Source of the DNA: Bacteroidota bacterium
GTDB lineage: Bacteria > Bacteroidota > Bacteroidia > UKL13-3
Assembly (NCBI GenBank): GCA_027482225.1
Contig: JAIXWD010000014.1
Span: forward strand, 74,719 to 138,718
DNA: 64,000 bases
Reading direction: 5' to 3'
In this document: piece by piece, positions 39,013 through 49,214 of the stretch
Position numbering within the stretch: the stretch's first letter is position 1
How the letters are laid out: each line of letters opens with the position of its first letter
The notes under the pieces: model-generated
Database searches by the model: none
What the model saw: the letters and a program-made list of their open reading frames with translations, nothing else
What the model was told of the DNA's origin: nothing
Made by a program: the position numbers and the translations under genes

Positions 39013-39705
39013 ATGACAAACAAGAAGAACGATAATTTAGATTTAGATGCAGCTTTAGCCAACACAACGCATAAGGTTGAAGACATCTACACCAAAAATA
39101 AAAAGAATATTAACACGGCCCTATTAATACTGGTTGTTGCTGTTGCAGGATATTTTGGTTTGAAAAAATTCTATTTTGAACCACGCGAGCAAGAAGCGCA
39201 AGTAGAAATGTTTAAAGCACAACAGCTATTTGAGGTAGACTCTTTTAACCTTGCATTAAAAGGCAATGGCACAATTAAAGGTTTTGCTGATTTAGCTGAC
39301 GAATACAGCGGAACAAAAGCTGGTAACTTATCGCATTATTATGCGGGCATTTGTATGCTACGCACAGGCGACTTTACAGGTGCAATTGATATGTTAGAAG
39401 GATTTAGTTCTGATAATGCATTGGTTGGCCCTTTAGCTGCCGGATTATTGGGTGACGCCTACGTTGAAAATGGTGATATTGAAAAAGGTGCCAAACAATA
39501 CCTTAAAGCTGCACGCATGAGTAAAAATAAGCTTACCTCTCCTGTATTCTTTAAAAAGGCTGGTATAGCTTTTGAAGAATTAAAAAACTATAGTGATGCT
39601 GCAGAAGCTTATAGCAACATTAAAAATGAATATCCTGATGCGCAAGAAGCAACAGATATTGATAAATACATTGCAAGAGCTACTGCGTTAAAAGCTGAAA
39701 ACTAA
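39013..39705 (+). CDS. Membrane-anchored TPR protein (YfgM-like)
   Basis: Single N-terminal TM helix (LLILVVAVAGYFGL) followed by TPR-like helices. Confidence 0.6.
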   Translation: MTNKKNDNLDLDAALANTTHKVEDIYTKNKKNINTALLILVVAVAGYFGLKKFYFEPREQEAQVEMFKAQQLFEVDSFNLALKGNGTIKGFADLADEYSGTKAGNLSHYYAGICMLRTGDFTGAIDMLEGFSSDNALVGPLAAGLLGDAYVENGDIEKGAKQYLKAARMSKNKLTSPVFFKKAGIAFEELKNYSDAAEAYSNIKNEYPDAQEATDIDKYIARATALKAEN

Positions 39706-39723
39706 TTCATATATTATACATTA

Positions 39724-39757
39724 AAAAGCCGATTCACTATGTGTTTCGGCTTTTTTG
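39724..39757 (+). terminator. Rho-independent terminator
   Basis: aaagccga…tcggcttt stem followed by a T6 run. Confidence 0.7.
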
Positions 39758-39812
39758 ATTTATACCAAAGGTACCCTTTGAGGTATGTGCTCAAATCCTT
39801 ACATTCGCAACC

Positions 39813-40307
39813 ATGTCAACTCAACTAAAAAACTTATCGGTTACCAACTTAGAACCCAATAAAATTTTTAAGAAATTTACTATTGGAATTGTAGTTGCCG
39901 AGTGGAATCCCGAAATAACAAATGCCCTTCTTAAAGGAGCATATGCGCATTTAGTAGATATGGGTGTTAAAGAAAAAAACATCACCGTATACCACGTTCC
40001 CGGAAGCTTTGAGTTGCCATTGGGCGCACAATTTTTAGCATCACAAAAACATGTTGATGCAGTAATTACCTTGGGTTGTGTTATACAAGGTGAAACACGA
40101 CATTTTGATTTTATTTGTGATGCCTGTGCAAACGGTGTTACCAATGTTGGATTAAACTATAATAAGCCTGTAATTTTTGGTGTACTTACTCCAAACAACC
40201 AACAACAAGCAATTGATAGAGCAGGTGGACAACAAGGAAATAAAGGAATTGAAGCTGCAGAAACCGCACTTAAAATGTTGGTATTAAAAAACAACATCGA
40301 CCTGTAA
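39813..40307 (+). CDS. ribH: 6,7-dimethyl-8-ribityllumazine synthase
   Basis: KFTIGIVVAEWN, HVPGSFELP and ITLGCVIQGETRHFDF match RibH signature regions. Confidence 0.9.
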   Translation: MSTQLKNLSVTNLEPNKIFKKFTIGIVVAEWNPEITNALLKGAYAHLVDMGVKEKNITVYHVPGSFELPLGAQFLASQKHVDAVITLGCVIQGETRHFDFICDACANGVTNVGLNYNKPVIFGVLTPNNQQQAIDRAGGQQGNKGIEAAETALKMLVLKNNIDL

Positions 40308-40360
40308 AAACACAATAACTTAACTTTACACAAACACGTTCAACAACTACTTTTGTTAAA

Positions 40361-41845
40361 TTGATACCTGAAAAAAATATGCAATTTTTAAAACATATTT
40401 CACTTTTTTTATTGATAGCTACAACAGTAGTTTCATGTAAAAAAGATTTTGAAGGAGAACGCACAGATTTAGGAGCACCTGAAACATTTATGGTTGTTGA
40501 CAGCATTTACCGCAGTGGCGATAGCAGGTATACCACCACAGTTGAAGCACACTGGTGGGGAAGTGTAAAAACTGGTTTTATTAAAGGTTATGAAGTTAGT
40601 ATTGATAACATGCAAACTTGGAGCTTTACAGATAAACAAATTGGAACATTTTTGTTGAGTCTCCCTTCCGGATCGGATACTGCTGATATACGAATTTTTG
40701 TTCGCGCAGTAGACAATAATGGTAAAGTTGATCCAACACCTGCAGGTACCACTTACCCGGTAAAAAATAGTGCTCCCAATATTAATTTCGACTTTAGTAC
40801 AGGTCAGAAAACAGTGGCATTTCCTGCTTTCCGCTACAGTTGGATTTTAAAAGATGTTGATGGACTTGCTGATATTAGTATTGTTGAAATCGCATTAAAC
40901 GATACCGTTAAAAATAAAGTTCAAGTGCCTTCAAGCGTTAACGCCTCCACTTTTGTTGGCGAAAAAGTGAATGGCGTATTCACAGGTAATTTCTTATTGT
41001 ATACTAACAATCAAACCAACCCATATAGCCAAAAATTATCAGGTGGATTGATGAATGATACCAACATCATTTATATACGCTGCAAAGATCGCACAGGATC
41101 TCAATCGGCATGGATAAGTGCCAAGATCTATATTCGCGAACCTAAAAACAGGTTGTTATTTATTAACGATTATATAAGTAATAAAAATGCAATTACTGCC
41201 TTTTATACCAATCGAATCAATAATCTTGGAAGCAATTTTGCAAACTACGATATAGTTACTTCATTGGTAGATGAATTTCCTTCAGATGAATTTACCACTT
41301 CTAAAACATTCGATTTTTTCAACCGTATTGTATGGGCAACTGAAGATCCAACTCGAAGTTTAGGTACTGCACAAAATGCATCTATCTCTTTCTTTAATAA
41401 TGGAGGTAAGATTTTTATGATATTAGAAATTCCTAATGATGTGGCATTAAATGCATCTTTCTTTAGCTTTACCCCAATTGAAAGATTGGTGGATAATCCT
41501 GGTCGATCGTTTCGTATGGCAACAGGCGACCAAATAATTAGTTATACCAATTGGCCTAAATTAAAAGCAACAGGTATTATCACTTATCCTCGTCCATTTT
41601 ATACCTATACCTCGTCATCAGGTTTATATACTTATGATAGTTTAGCAAGTGCGCAGTTGCGTTCTTTTGGACCAGGCGGTGCACCAGCATGGACAGGCCC
41701 AAGCAATGTAATGGCTAAACGCATCAATACACAATTAAATAAAACAGATATTGTTACTTTAACAGCCCCATTGCACTTGCTTAATGGTAATAATAATGTA
41801 GATTCATTCTTTCAAAAAGTAGTGCTTTCTGAATTGGAATTTTAA
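40361..41845 (+). CDS. Hypothetical lipoprotein (about 490 aa)
   Basis: Signal peptide plus lipobox VVSCKKD. No assignable domain. Confidence 0.5.
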   Translation: MIPEKNMQFLKHISLFLLIATTVVSCKKDFEGERTDLGAPETFMVVDSIYRSGDSRYTTTVEAHWWGSVKTGFIKGYEVSIDNMQTWSFTDKQIGTFLLSLPSGSDTADIRIFVRAVDNNGKVDPTPAGTTYPVKNSAPNINFDFSTGQKTVAFPAFRYSWILKDVDGLADISIVEIALNDTVKNKVQVPSSVNASTFVGEKVNGVFTGNFLLYTNNQTNPYSQKLSGGLMNDTNIIYIRCKDRTGSQSAWISAKIYIREPKNRLLFINDYISNKNAITAFYTNRINNLGSNFANYDIVTSLVDEFPSDEFTTSKTFDFFNRIVWATEDPTRSLGTAQNASISFFNNGGKIFMILEIPNDVALNASFFSFTPIERLVDNPGRSFRMATGDQIISYTNWPKLKATGIITYPRPFYTYTSSSGLYTYDSLASAQLRSFGPGGAPAWTGPSNVMAKRINTQLNKTDIVTLTAPLHLLNGNNNVDSFFQKVVLSELEF

Positions 41846-41857
41846 CCTCCTAACCAT

Positions 41858-42427
41858 TTGAAAAACATCATCATTTTTGCTTCAGGCAGCGGAACAAATG
41901 CTCAAAATATTTGTGAGCAATTTGCCGATAACCCCAACATTAAGGTGGCTGCTTTGTTTTGCAATAATCCGGATGCCATGGTGATAAAACGCATGAATCA
42001 ATTTAATATTCCTGTGCATGTATTTAACCGAGAAACTTTCAAAAATGAGCAAGAATTTTCTAAACTGCTTAATCAATACCAACCCAGCTTACTTGTTTTA
42101 GCAGGATTTTTGTGGTTAATACCCGAATATTTGGTTAAACAATACCCAAATAAAATCATCAATATTCACCCCGCATTATTACCCAAATTTGGCGGTAAAG
42201 GCATGTATGGACATCATGTTCACGAAGCTGTTTTGGAAACCAAAGAAAAAGAGCATGGCATAACCATACATTTTGTAAATGAAAAATATGATGATGGTGC
42301 TATAATTTTTCAAGCAAAGTTTGATGTAAAACCCGCGTTTACTTTAACAGATATCCAATCATACATAGCTGTATTGGAGATGCGCCACTATCCCGAGGCC
42401 ATTAAGCGCGTGTTGGGCGAATACTAA
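41858..42427 (+). CDS. purN: Phosphoribosylglycinamide formyltransferase
   Basis: IIIFASGSGTN. Formyl-transferase core with NIHPALLP and conserved His/Asp. Confidence 0.9.
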   Translation: MKNIIIFASGSGTNAQNICEQFADNPNIKVAALFCNNPDAMVIKRMNQFNIPVHVFNRETFKNEQEFSKLLNQYQPSLLVLAGFLWLIPEYLVKQYPNKIINIHPALLPKFGGKGMYGHHVHEAVLETKEKEHGITIHFVNEKYDDGAIIFQAKFDVKPAFTLTDIQSYIAVLEMRHYPEAIKRVLGEY

Positions 42428-42511
42428 GAAACAAATGCTGTTTTTGGGGATTTCAATTGAATAATATGCAATACTGCTTTACTATCCTCAAATAGCTATA
42501 TTCGCAACTTT

Positions 42512-43924
42512 ATGCGAAAAAGAAAATTCATTCCTTATACCATCGAGCAATTAGAAATTATTAATGCTGGTAGCGAAGGAAAAAGTATAGCCCGACATAA
42601 CGATAAGGTAATTATGGTTGATCATGCAGTACCAGGAGATGTGGTTGATGTTAGGGTTAACAGCAACAAAAAATCATTTAGTTTTGCTACCATACAAAAT
42701 ATTGTAAAACCTAGCATAGATAGGGTTGATACCTTTTGCTCGCATTTTGGATTATGCGGAGGTTGCAAATGGCAACAAATGAGTTACCCTGCACAATTAC
42801 GTTTTAAACAACAACAAGTTCTTGATGCATTCGAACGCATTGGTAAATTTCCATTTCCTGAGCTAAGGCCAGTTATTGGCAGCGAAAACATAACCTATTA
42901 TCGTAATAAATGCGAGTTTAGTTTTATTGATAGAAAATGGGTAAACACCATGGAAGAACTTGATGCCATGAGCGAAGATGAACGCAAAGGTTTAGGTTAT
43001 CATATTCCTGGAAGGTTTGATAAAATTTTTGATGTGGAGCATTGTTACCTGCAGCATCCTTTAGCCAACGAAATTAGAAACGCTGTTCGTGATTTTGCAA
43101 AAAGTAACAGCTACGAATTTTTTAATCCATACAATCAAGAAGGTTTTTTACGTAACATCATTTTACGCAACAACATTGCAGGCGAGTGGATGGTAATACT
43201 TTGTTTAAAAAAGGAAGACCAAGAAAAACGTGAAGCGATATTAAATCACATTAAAGAAAAGTTTCCTCAAATTTCAGCATTGTTATACATCATCAACCCT
43301 AAAATGAATGATACCATTTATGATTTGGAAGTAAATGTATATAGCGGTACAGACCATTTAATTGAAACGCTAGAAGATCTTAAGTTTAAAATTGGCCCAA
43401 AATCTTTTTTTCAAACCAATACTTTACAAACACAAGCATTATATGGCAAAACCCGCGAACTAGCCAAACTTACAGGAAATGAAAATGTATATGATTTATA
43501 TACAGGCGTAGGATCAATTGCCTTGTTTGTTTCTAAATTAGCCAAACAAGTGGTGGGCATAGAAAATGTGGAAGCAGCAATAGAAGATGCAAAAATTAAC
43601 GCAGCGTTAAATAATATTACCAATACACATTTTTATGCTGGTGATATGAAAGACATACTAAATGATGAATTGATTGCTAAACATGGTAAGCCTGATGTAA
43701 TTATAACCGACCCTCCAAGAGCTGGAATGCATCCTGATGTGATTGCCAAATTATTAGAATTAGCTGCACCAAAAATTGTGTATGTAAGTTGTAATCCTGC
43801 AACTCAAGCACGTGATATTGCTATGATGCAAGAGATATACGAAGTAACATGCGTGCAGCCAGTAGATATGTTCCCGCATACGCACCATGTTGAAAATATT
43901 GCGTTGTTAGAAATAAAAAAATAA
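42512..43924 (+). CDS. rlmD: 23S rRNA (uracil-5-)-methyltransferase RlmD/RumA
   Basis: TRAM domain. Fe-S cysteine cluster CSHFGLCGGCKWQ. SAM-methyltransferase motifs (DLYTGVGSIAL, DPPRAG). Confidence 0.85.
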   Translation: MRKRKFIPYTIEQLEIINAGSEGKSIARHNDKVIMVDHAVPGDVVDVRVNSNKKSFSFATIQNIVKPSIDRVDTFCSHFGLCGGCKWQQMSYPAQLRFKQQQVLDAFERIGKFPFPELRPVIGSENITYYRNKCEFSFIDRKWVNTMEELDAMSEDERKGLGYHIPGRFDKIFDVEHCYLQHPLANEIRNAVRDFAKSNSYEFFNPYNQEGFLRNIILRNNIAGEWMVILCLKKEDQEKREAILNHIKEKFPQISALLYIINPKMNDTIYDLEVNVYSGTDHLIETLEDLKFKIGPKSFFQTNTLQTQALYGKTRELAKLTGNENVYDLYTGVGSIALFVSKLAKQVVGIENVEAAIEDAKINAALNNITNTHFYAGDMKDILNDELIAKHGKPDVIITDPPRAGMHPDVIAKLLELAAPKIVYVSCNPATQARDIAMMQEIYEVTCVQPVDMFPHTHHVENIALLEIKK

Positions 43925-43931
43925 TGCTGAT

Positions 43932-44291
43932 ATGGATAAGGAAATGACAGTAAACCTAGAATTGTTAAAAGATGATTTAGCTTTTTACAATGATATGCTG
44001 AAAGAAGTTTCGGCAGATATTTTACACGAAGGTTTTAGCAAGTATCCGATTTTTATAGCGCACCAAGAACCTATTAAAATTGGTGATATGATTATAGATG
44101 CCACTGAATACTCGCGCTCATTTAACATCAGTGCCACAGTACTTGAAGATTTATTAGAAAAAAATATTGTTACTAAAGAACGTGAGGAAAGTTTTAAAGC
44201 TGCATTTAAAGATGCTGCCCAATTTATGTGCGTATTATTGGTAACTGATAAGGGCGCAAATTTTGTATTTGTTTCTTTTAAAGCAAAATAA
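43932..44291 (+). CDS. Hypothetical protein (119 aa)
   Basis: ORF only. Confidence 0.4.
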   Translation: MDKEMTVNLELLKDDLAFYNDMLKEVSADILHEGFSKYPIFIAHQEPIKIGDMIIDATEYSRSFNISATVLEDLLEKNIVTKEREESFKAAFKDAAQFMCVLLVTDKGANFVFVSFKAK

Positions 44292-44297
44292 ATAATC

Positions 44298-45338
44298 ATG
44301 TATCAACCCAAGGTAGCCGTTGTCATTATTCATTGGAATCGCAAGAACTTACTAGAACAGTTCTTACCTTTTTTAGTGAAATCTACCTACAGTAATTTAG
44401 AGATTGTTGTTGCAGACAATAACTCCGATGACGATTCAATTGCTTTCGTACAAATAAACTACCCCAATATTACCATTGTAAAAAACGATGACAACTTTGG
44501 TTATGCAGGTGGATACAACCATGCGCTGAAACATGTTACAGCAGATTATTTTGTTTTACTAAATAATGATATTGAAGTAACACCAAATTGGATTGAACCA
44601 GTAATAGAGGCAATGGAAAAAGATAAAAACATTGCAGCAGCTCAACCCAAAATGTTGGATTACAATAACCGAAATAAATTTGAATATGCCGGTGCAGGTG
44701 GTGGCTATATGGATATGTTGGGTTATGCATTTTGCAGAGGTAGAATATTTGATTATTTAGAGGAAGACCAAGGCCAATACAACGATACCCACGCTGCATT
44801 TTGGGCAACAGGAGCATGCATGTTTGTGCGAGCCAATGTATTTAAAAAGTTGCATGGTTTTGACGAACACTTTTTTGCCCATATGGAAGAAATTGATTTG
44901 TGTTGGCGAATGCAACTTGACGGATACTCATTGGTTACTGTTCCGAAATCGGTGGTATACCATGTTGGTGGTGGTACTTTAAATAAACAAAGTCCGCAAA
45001 AAACATACTTAAACTTTAGAAACAACTTAATTATGCTTACTAAAAACTTACCTGTAAGTACGCTAATTTGGTTAATACCTGTACGTTCAACATTAGACTT
45101 ATTAAGCTCTATATTTTTTATAATGAATGGTTTACCAAAATACAGTTTGGCCATTCATAAGGCACACTCCGATTACTTTTTCAAGTTTAGAAAATGGTGG
45201 AAACTGCGCAAAATCAATACCACATTCAAGCCATTTAACCAGCTACACGGAGTATATATGGGAAGTATTGTGGCCGATCATTTTATTAAAAAGGTGAAAT
45301 ATTTTAGTGAATTACAAAAAAATAAATTCACAAATTAG
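44298..45338 (+). CDS. Family 2 glycosyltransferase
   Basis: GT-A fold N-terminus VAVVIIHWNR…VVADNNSDD, with DxD-type motifs. Confidence 0.8.
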   Translation: MYQPKVAVVIIHWNRKNLLEQFLPFLVKSTYSNLEIVVADNNSDDDSIAFVQINYPNITIVKNDDNFGYAGGYNHALKHVTADYFVLLNNDIEVTPNWIEPVIEAMEKDKNIAAAQPKMLDYNNRNKFEYAGAGGGYMDMLGYAFCRGRIFDYLEEDQGQYNDTHAAFWATGACMFVRANVFKKLHGFDEHFFAHMEEIDLCWRMQLDGYSLVTVPKSVVYHVGGGTLNKQSPQKTYLNFRNNLIMLTKNLPVSTLIWLIPVRSTLDLLSSIFFIMNGLPKYSLAIHKAHSDYFFKFRKWWKLRKINTTFKPFNQLHGVYMGSIVADHFIKKVKYFSELQKNKFTN

Positions 45339-45357
45339 TATCGCATTATTTTCACTA

Positions 45358-45771
45358 CTACACTAAACTATTTATTGCCAATTCGTAACTTTTTAAACCA
45401 AAGCCACTAATAATACCAACACAATGTTTGCTTATTAAAGAAACATGACGGTATTCTTCTCTGGCAAATATATTACTGATGTGCACTTCTAATACAGGTG
45501 TTGTTATAGCGGCTACGGCATCGGCCAATGCAACAGATGTATGTGTGTAGCCACCCGCATTTAAAATAATACCATCGTAACTAAATCCTACTTCATGTAG
45601 TTTATTAATCAACTCACCCTCTACATTACTTTGGTAATAACTTAGTTCAATTTGCGGAAACGCTTTTTCTAAGTCGGTAAAATAACTTTCAAAAGAAGTT
45701 TGCCCATATAACTCAGGCTCGCGCTTACCCAGTAAATTTAAGTTAGGACCGTTAATTATTATTATTTTCAT
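45358..45771 (-). CDS. aroQ: Type II 3-dehydroquinate dehydratase
   Basis: MKIIIINGPNLNLLGKREPELYG is the canonical AroQ N-terminus. About 137 aa. Confidence 0.9.
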   Translation of the reverse strand: MKIIIINGPNLNLLGKREPELYGQTSFESYFTDLEKAFPQIELSYYQSNVEGELINKLHEVGFSYDGIILNAGGYTHTSVALADAVAAITTPVLEVHISNIFAREEYRHVSLISKHCVGIISGFGLKSYELAINSLV

Positions 45772-45921
45772 GTAGTGCAATAATCAAACAAAAATAGCAT
45801 AAATAAATATTAGCCACAGATTGTAAGGATTAATTTATTCTAGCATACTAGACTTACCCACACATGAGCAAAAATATCTGCTGTTATTCATCAGATAATG
45901 TTCAATATTTGAATATTATAA

Positions 45922-46824
45922 ATGGTAAACTGGAATCCATACATTAAAGGTTTTAAAGCATATTTGCAGTTGGAAAAATCGCTATCAAAAAATAGCATTG
46001 AGGCTTACCAACGCGACATGGAAAAGCTGATTCAGTTTTTTAATGCCAAGGGTTTGGTCCCACAACCAGCAGATGTTAACTTAGCAACCCTTCGCGAGTT
46101 CTTAAGATGGATAACCGAATTGGGCATGAGCACAACCAGTCAAGCACGAATTTTAAGCGGAATAAAAGCCTTTTACAATTACCTTTTAATGGAGGATTTA
46201 ATTACTAAAAATCCTGCTGAGTTACTGGAATCACCAAAGCTAAAAAGAAAATTACCAGAGGTACTTGATGTACATGAAATTGATTTGATGGTTGAACAAA
46301 TTGACCACAGCAAACCTGAAGGGATGCGCAACAAAGCCATTATAGAAACCATGTTTAGTTGTGGTTTACGTGTAAGCGAATTGGTAGGGTTAAAGTTTGC
46401 AGATATTTCATATTCAGATGAATTTGTGCGTGTAATTGGCAAAGGTAATAAGGAAAGATTGATACCTATTGGAAGCATTGCACTTAAAGCCATTAAACTA
46501 TATAAAGAAACAGTACGCTCGCACATTACTCCCCAAACCGGACATACAGATACTGTGTTTTTAAACGGCCGTGGAAAAGGATTGAGTAGGATAATGATAT
46601 TTTATATCATAAAAGATTTAGCCAAGCGTGCCGGAATTCATAAAAACATTTCGCCACATACCATGCGGCATTCATTTGCTACTTGTTTGGTAGAGGCTGG
46701 GGCCGATTTACGTGCGGTACAACAAATGCTTGGTCATGAAAGTATTACCACCACCGAAATTTATACCCACATCGACAGGGCATACTTACATGATGTAATA
46801 ACGCAGTTTCATCCAAGAAGTTAG
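45922..46824 (+). CDS. xerD: Tyrosine site-specific recombinase XerD/XerC family
   Basis: Catalytic region HTMRHSFATCLVEAGADLRAVQQMLGHESITTTEIYTH with R…HxxR…Y. About 300 aa. Flanked by housekeeping genes and no partner phage genes. Confidence 0.8.
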   Translation: MVNWNPYIKGFKAYLQLEKSLSKNSIEAYQRDMEKLIQFFNAKGLVPQPADVNLATLREFLRWITELGMSTTSQARILSGIKAFYNYLLMEDLITKNPAELLESPKLKRKLPEVLDVHEIDLMVEQIDHSKPEGMRNKAIIETMFSCGLRVSELVGLKFADISYSDEFVRVIGKGNKERLIPIGSIALKAIKLYKETVRSHITPQTGHTDTVFLNGRGKGLSRIMIFYIIKDLAKRAGIHKNISPHTMRHSFATCLVEAGADLRAVQQMLGHESITTTEIYTHIDRAYLHDVITQFHPRS

Positions 46825-47045
46825 ATGTTGTCATTCTGCGCTGAGACTCCAGATAAAGTGAGGAGTTGGTGATTAGATGTTCAGCCTCTTTGGGTTTAAC
46901 TTGGGCTGATATTTGCCCAGCATACTCGAATTAGCATTGACTAATCAACCAATAACCCAACAACGGATAACTATTCAAGCTATCTCCCCTACCTATCATA
47001 AAATTTGTTAAATTCGCCTCCATTAAATAATTAAACAATACAAGA

Positions 47046-48125
47046 ATGAAATACGTAGCTTTAAACGATTTGCACGTTTCTTTAGGAGCAAAAATGATTG
47101 AATTTGCAGGTTACAACATGCCTGTTTTATACAATAACTTAATTCAAGAACATAACGCGGTACGTAATAGTATTGGTGTTTTTGATGTAAGCCACATGGG
47201 TGAGTTTTTACTTAAGGGAGAAAAAGCGTTAGACCTGGTTCAGTTAGTTACGAGCAACGATGCCTCGGTTTTAGTTGATGGTAAAATACAATACAGTTGT
47301 CTACCAAACGATAAGGGTGGCATTGTTGACGACCTGTTAGTATATCGTGTTTCGGCAACTGAGTTTTATTTGGTTGTTAATGCATCAAACATTGAAAAAG
47401 ATTGGAATTGGATTAGCAAACACAATACGTTTGGTGTTGAGATGACTAACCTTAGCGAAGGCACAAGTTTATTGGCCGTACAAGGACCAAATGCCATTAA
47501 AGCTCTACAAAAGTTAACTGATGTTAACCTTAGCGAAATGGAATATTACACTTTTAAATATGGTACACTCGCAGGTATAAGTCATGTATTAATATCTAAC
47601 ACAGGTTATACTGGCGCAGGGGGATTTGAATTATATGTTCCCAATGCTGAAGCAAGTAAATTATGGGATGCAATTTTTAATGCAGGTGCCGAATTTGATA
47701 TTAAACCTGCAGGTTTAGGTGCCCGCGATACCTTACGTTTAGAAAAAGGATTCTGCTTATATGGCAATGATATTAACGATGAAACTTCTCCTATTGAAGC
47801 AGGTTTAGGCTGGATTACTAAATTCACCAAATCATTTATTATGGCCGAACACCACAAAGCAATTAAAGACAATAAGCCTACTAAAAAGCTAGTTGGTTTT
47901 GAAATGTTGGAACGTGGTGGAATTCCTCGTCAGCACCACATCATTAAAGATGCTAATGGAAATGTAATTGGAGAGGTTACTTCAGGTACACAATCTCCTA
48001 CACTTAGTAAAGCTATAGGTATGGGATATGTAGATGCAGCTCATAGCAAAGTTGATACTGAAATTTTTATTGAGATTCGTGATAAACAAATTAAAGCAAA
48101 GGTGGTAAAAACACCTTTCTTATAA
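47046..48125 (+). CDS. gcvT: Glycine cleavage system T protein (aminomethyltransferase)
   Basis: Full-length similarity pattern to GcvT: FDVSHMGEF, GYTGAGGFE. 359 aa. Confidence 0.9.
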   Translation: MKYVALNDLHVSLGAKMIEFAGYNMPVLYNNLIQEHNAVRNSIGVFDVSHMGEFLLKGEKALDLVQLVTSNDASVLVDGKIQYSCLPNDKGGIVDDLLVYRVSATEFYLVVNASNIEKDWNWISKHNTFGVEMTNLSEGTSLLAVQGPNAIKALQKLTDVNLSEMEYYTFKYGTLAGISHVLISNTGYTGAGGFELYVPNAEASKLWDAIFNAGAEFDIKPAGLGARDTLRLEKGFCLYGNDINDETSPIEAGLGWITKFTKSFIMAEHHKAIKDNKPTKKLVGFEMLERGGIPRQHHIIKDANGNVIGEVTSGTQSPTLSKAIGMGYVDAAHSKVDTEIFIEIRDKQIKAKVVKTPFL

Positions 48126-48146
48126 AATTTATTAGTTTATAAGCTT

Positions 48147-48485
48147 ATGCGTTTTATTGTTTTGATGGTATGTTTAACAATAGGTAAACTAGGTATAACA
48201 CAAAGTTTACCCAAAAAATATGCTGCAATTATAACTGGAACTAGCGAAGCTGATGTGATAAAAATTTTGGGCGAACCCAAAAAAATTGAATCCTTTTCTA
48301 CAGTAAAAAATAACACTTACGATACCAGTTACTATTGGAAATATGATGGTGACATCACCATCATATTTACCAATCATGCGGTAGAAACCATAGAGCCTAA
48401 ATGGGAAAACGTATTAAAACGTATTCAACAAAAGGCAAACAAAAAAGACGAAAACGGCATAACCATTATTACCAATCGTGAATAA
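48147..48485 (+). CDS. Hypothetical secreted protein (112 aa)
   Basis: Signal peptide. Overlaps the start of the next gene by 8 nt. Confidence 0.4.
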   Translation: MRFIVLMVCLTIGKLGITQSLPKKYAAIITGTSEADVIKILGEPKKIESFSTVKNNTYDTSYYWKYDGDITIIFTNHAVETIEPKWENVLKRIQQKANKKDENGITIITNRE

Positions 48486-49209
48486 AGAAATTGAAGTTGT
48501 ACTTACACCTGCCCTTTTACCTTTATACCAAGTAACAGGCAAAACAGTTGTTGTTATTGATATTTTACGTGCCACAAGCAGCATGTGTGTGGCTTTTAAA
48601 ACAGGGGTAAATAAAATTCTTCCTGTATCAACTCCTGAAGAGTGTAGCTTATTTAAAGATTTTGATTTTTTATGTGCTGCTGAAAGAAATGCCGTTAAAC
48701 TTCCAGGTTTTGATATGGGTAATTCTCCTTTCGAATTTCAAAATCCATTGATTAAAGATAGAAACATTGCTTTTACAACCACCAATGGAACCAAAGCCAT
48801 TAAACAAAGTAAAGAGCAAGGAGCAGCTCAAATTGTTGTAGGTAGTTTTTTAAATTTAGATGTTATATGCAATTGGTTATTAAATCAACCAAACGACATT
48901 ATTTTATTATGTGCGGGATGGAAAGATAAAGTTAATTTGGAAGATACTTTGTTTGCCGGAGCAGTAATTGCACAACTTAAAAACAACATCACCTTACATT
49001 GCGATTCAGGCTTAATGGCCGAACAACTTTATATTTCCATGAAGGATAGTTTAGAAGTTGATGTTCGTAAGTCATCACATGCGCAACGCTTTAAAGCATT
49101 ACATGCGGCAGAAGATGATGTACAATTCTGTTTGCAATTAAACTCAGCCCCTGTATTGCCTATTATGCGAGGGGAGTACTTAGTTAACATGCAAACACAA
49201 ACAGCTTAA
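48478..49209 (+). CDS. 2-phosphosulfolactate phosphatase (ComB) family protein
   Basis: N-terminal pattern VVVIDILRATSSM and overall about 240-aa ComB-like layout. Confidence 0.65.
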   Translation: MNKEIEVVLTPALLPLYQVTGKTVVVIDILRATSSMCVAFKTGVNKILPVSTPEECSLFKDFDFLCAAERNAVKLPGFDMGNSPFEFQNPLIKDRNIAFTTTNGTKAIKQSKEQGAAQIVVGSFLNLDVICNWLLNQPNDIILLCAGWKDKVNLEDTLFAGAVIAQLKNNITLHCDSGLMAEQLYISMKDSLEVDVRKSSHAQRFKALHAAEDDVQFCLQLNSAPVLPIMRGEYLVNMQTQTA

Positions 49210-49214
49210 AGTGT

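Noticed and set aside
45922-46824. Tyrosine recombinase as marker of a phage or integrative element
   Set aside because: The size, the catalytic motif and the aroQ/gcvT neighbourhood fit the chromosomal dimer-resolution recombinase XerD/XerC. No dif-like site or mobile-element genes were recognised nearby.
46825-47045. Possible glycine riboswitch upstream of gcvT
   Set aside because: The conserved tandem-aptamer cores (GGAGAG…CACCGAAGG) are not found in the 220-bp spacer.
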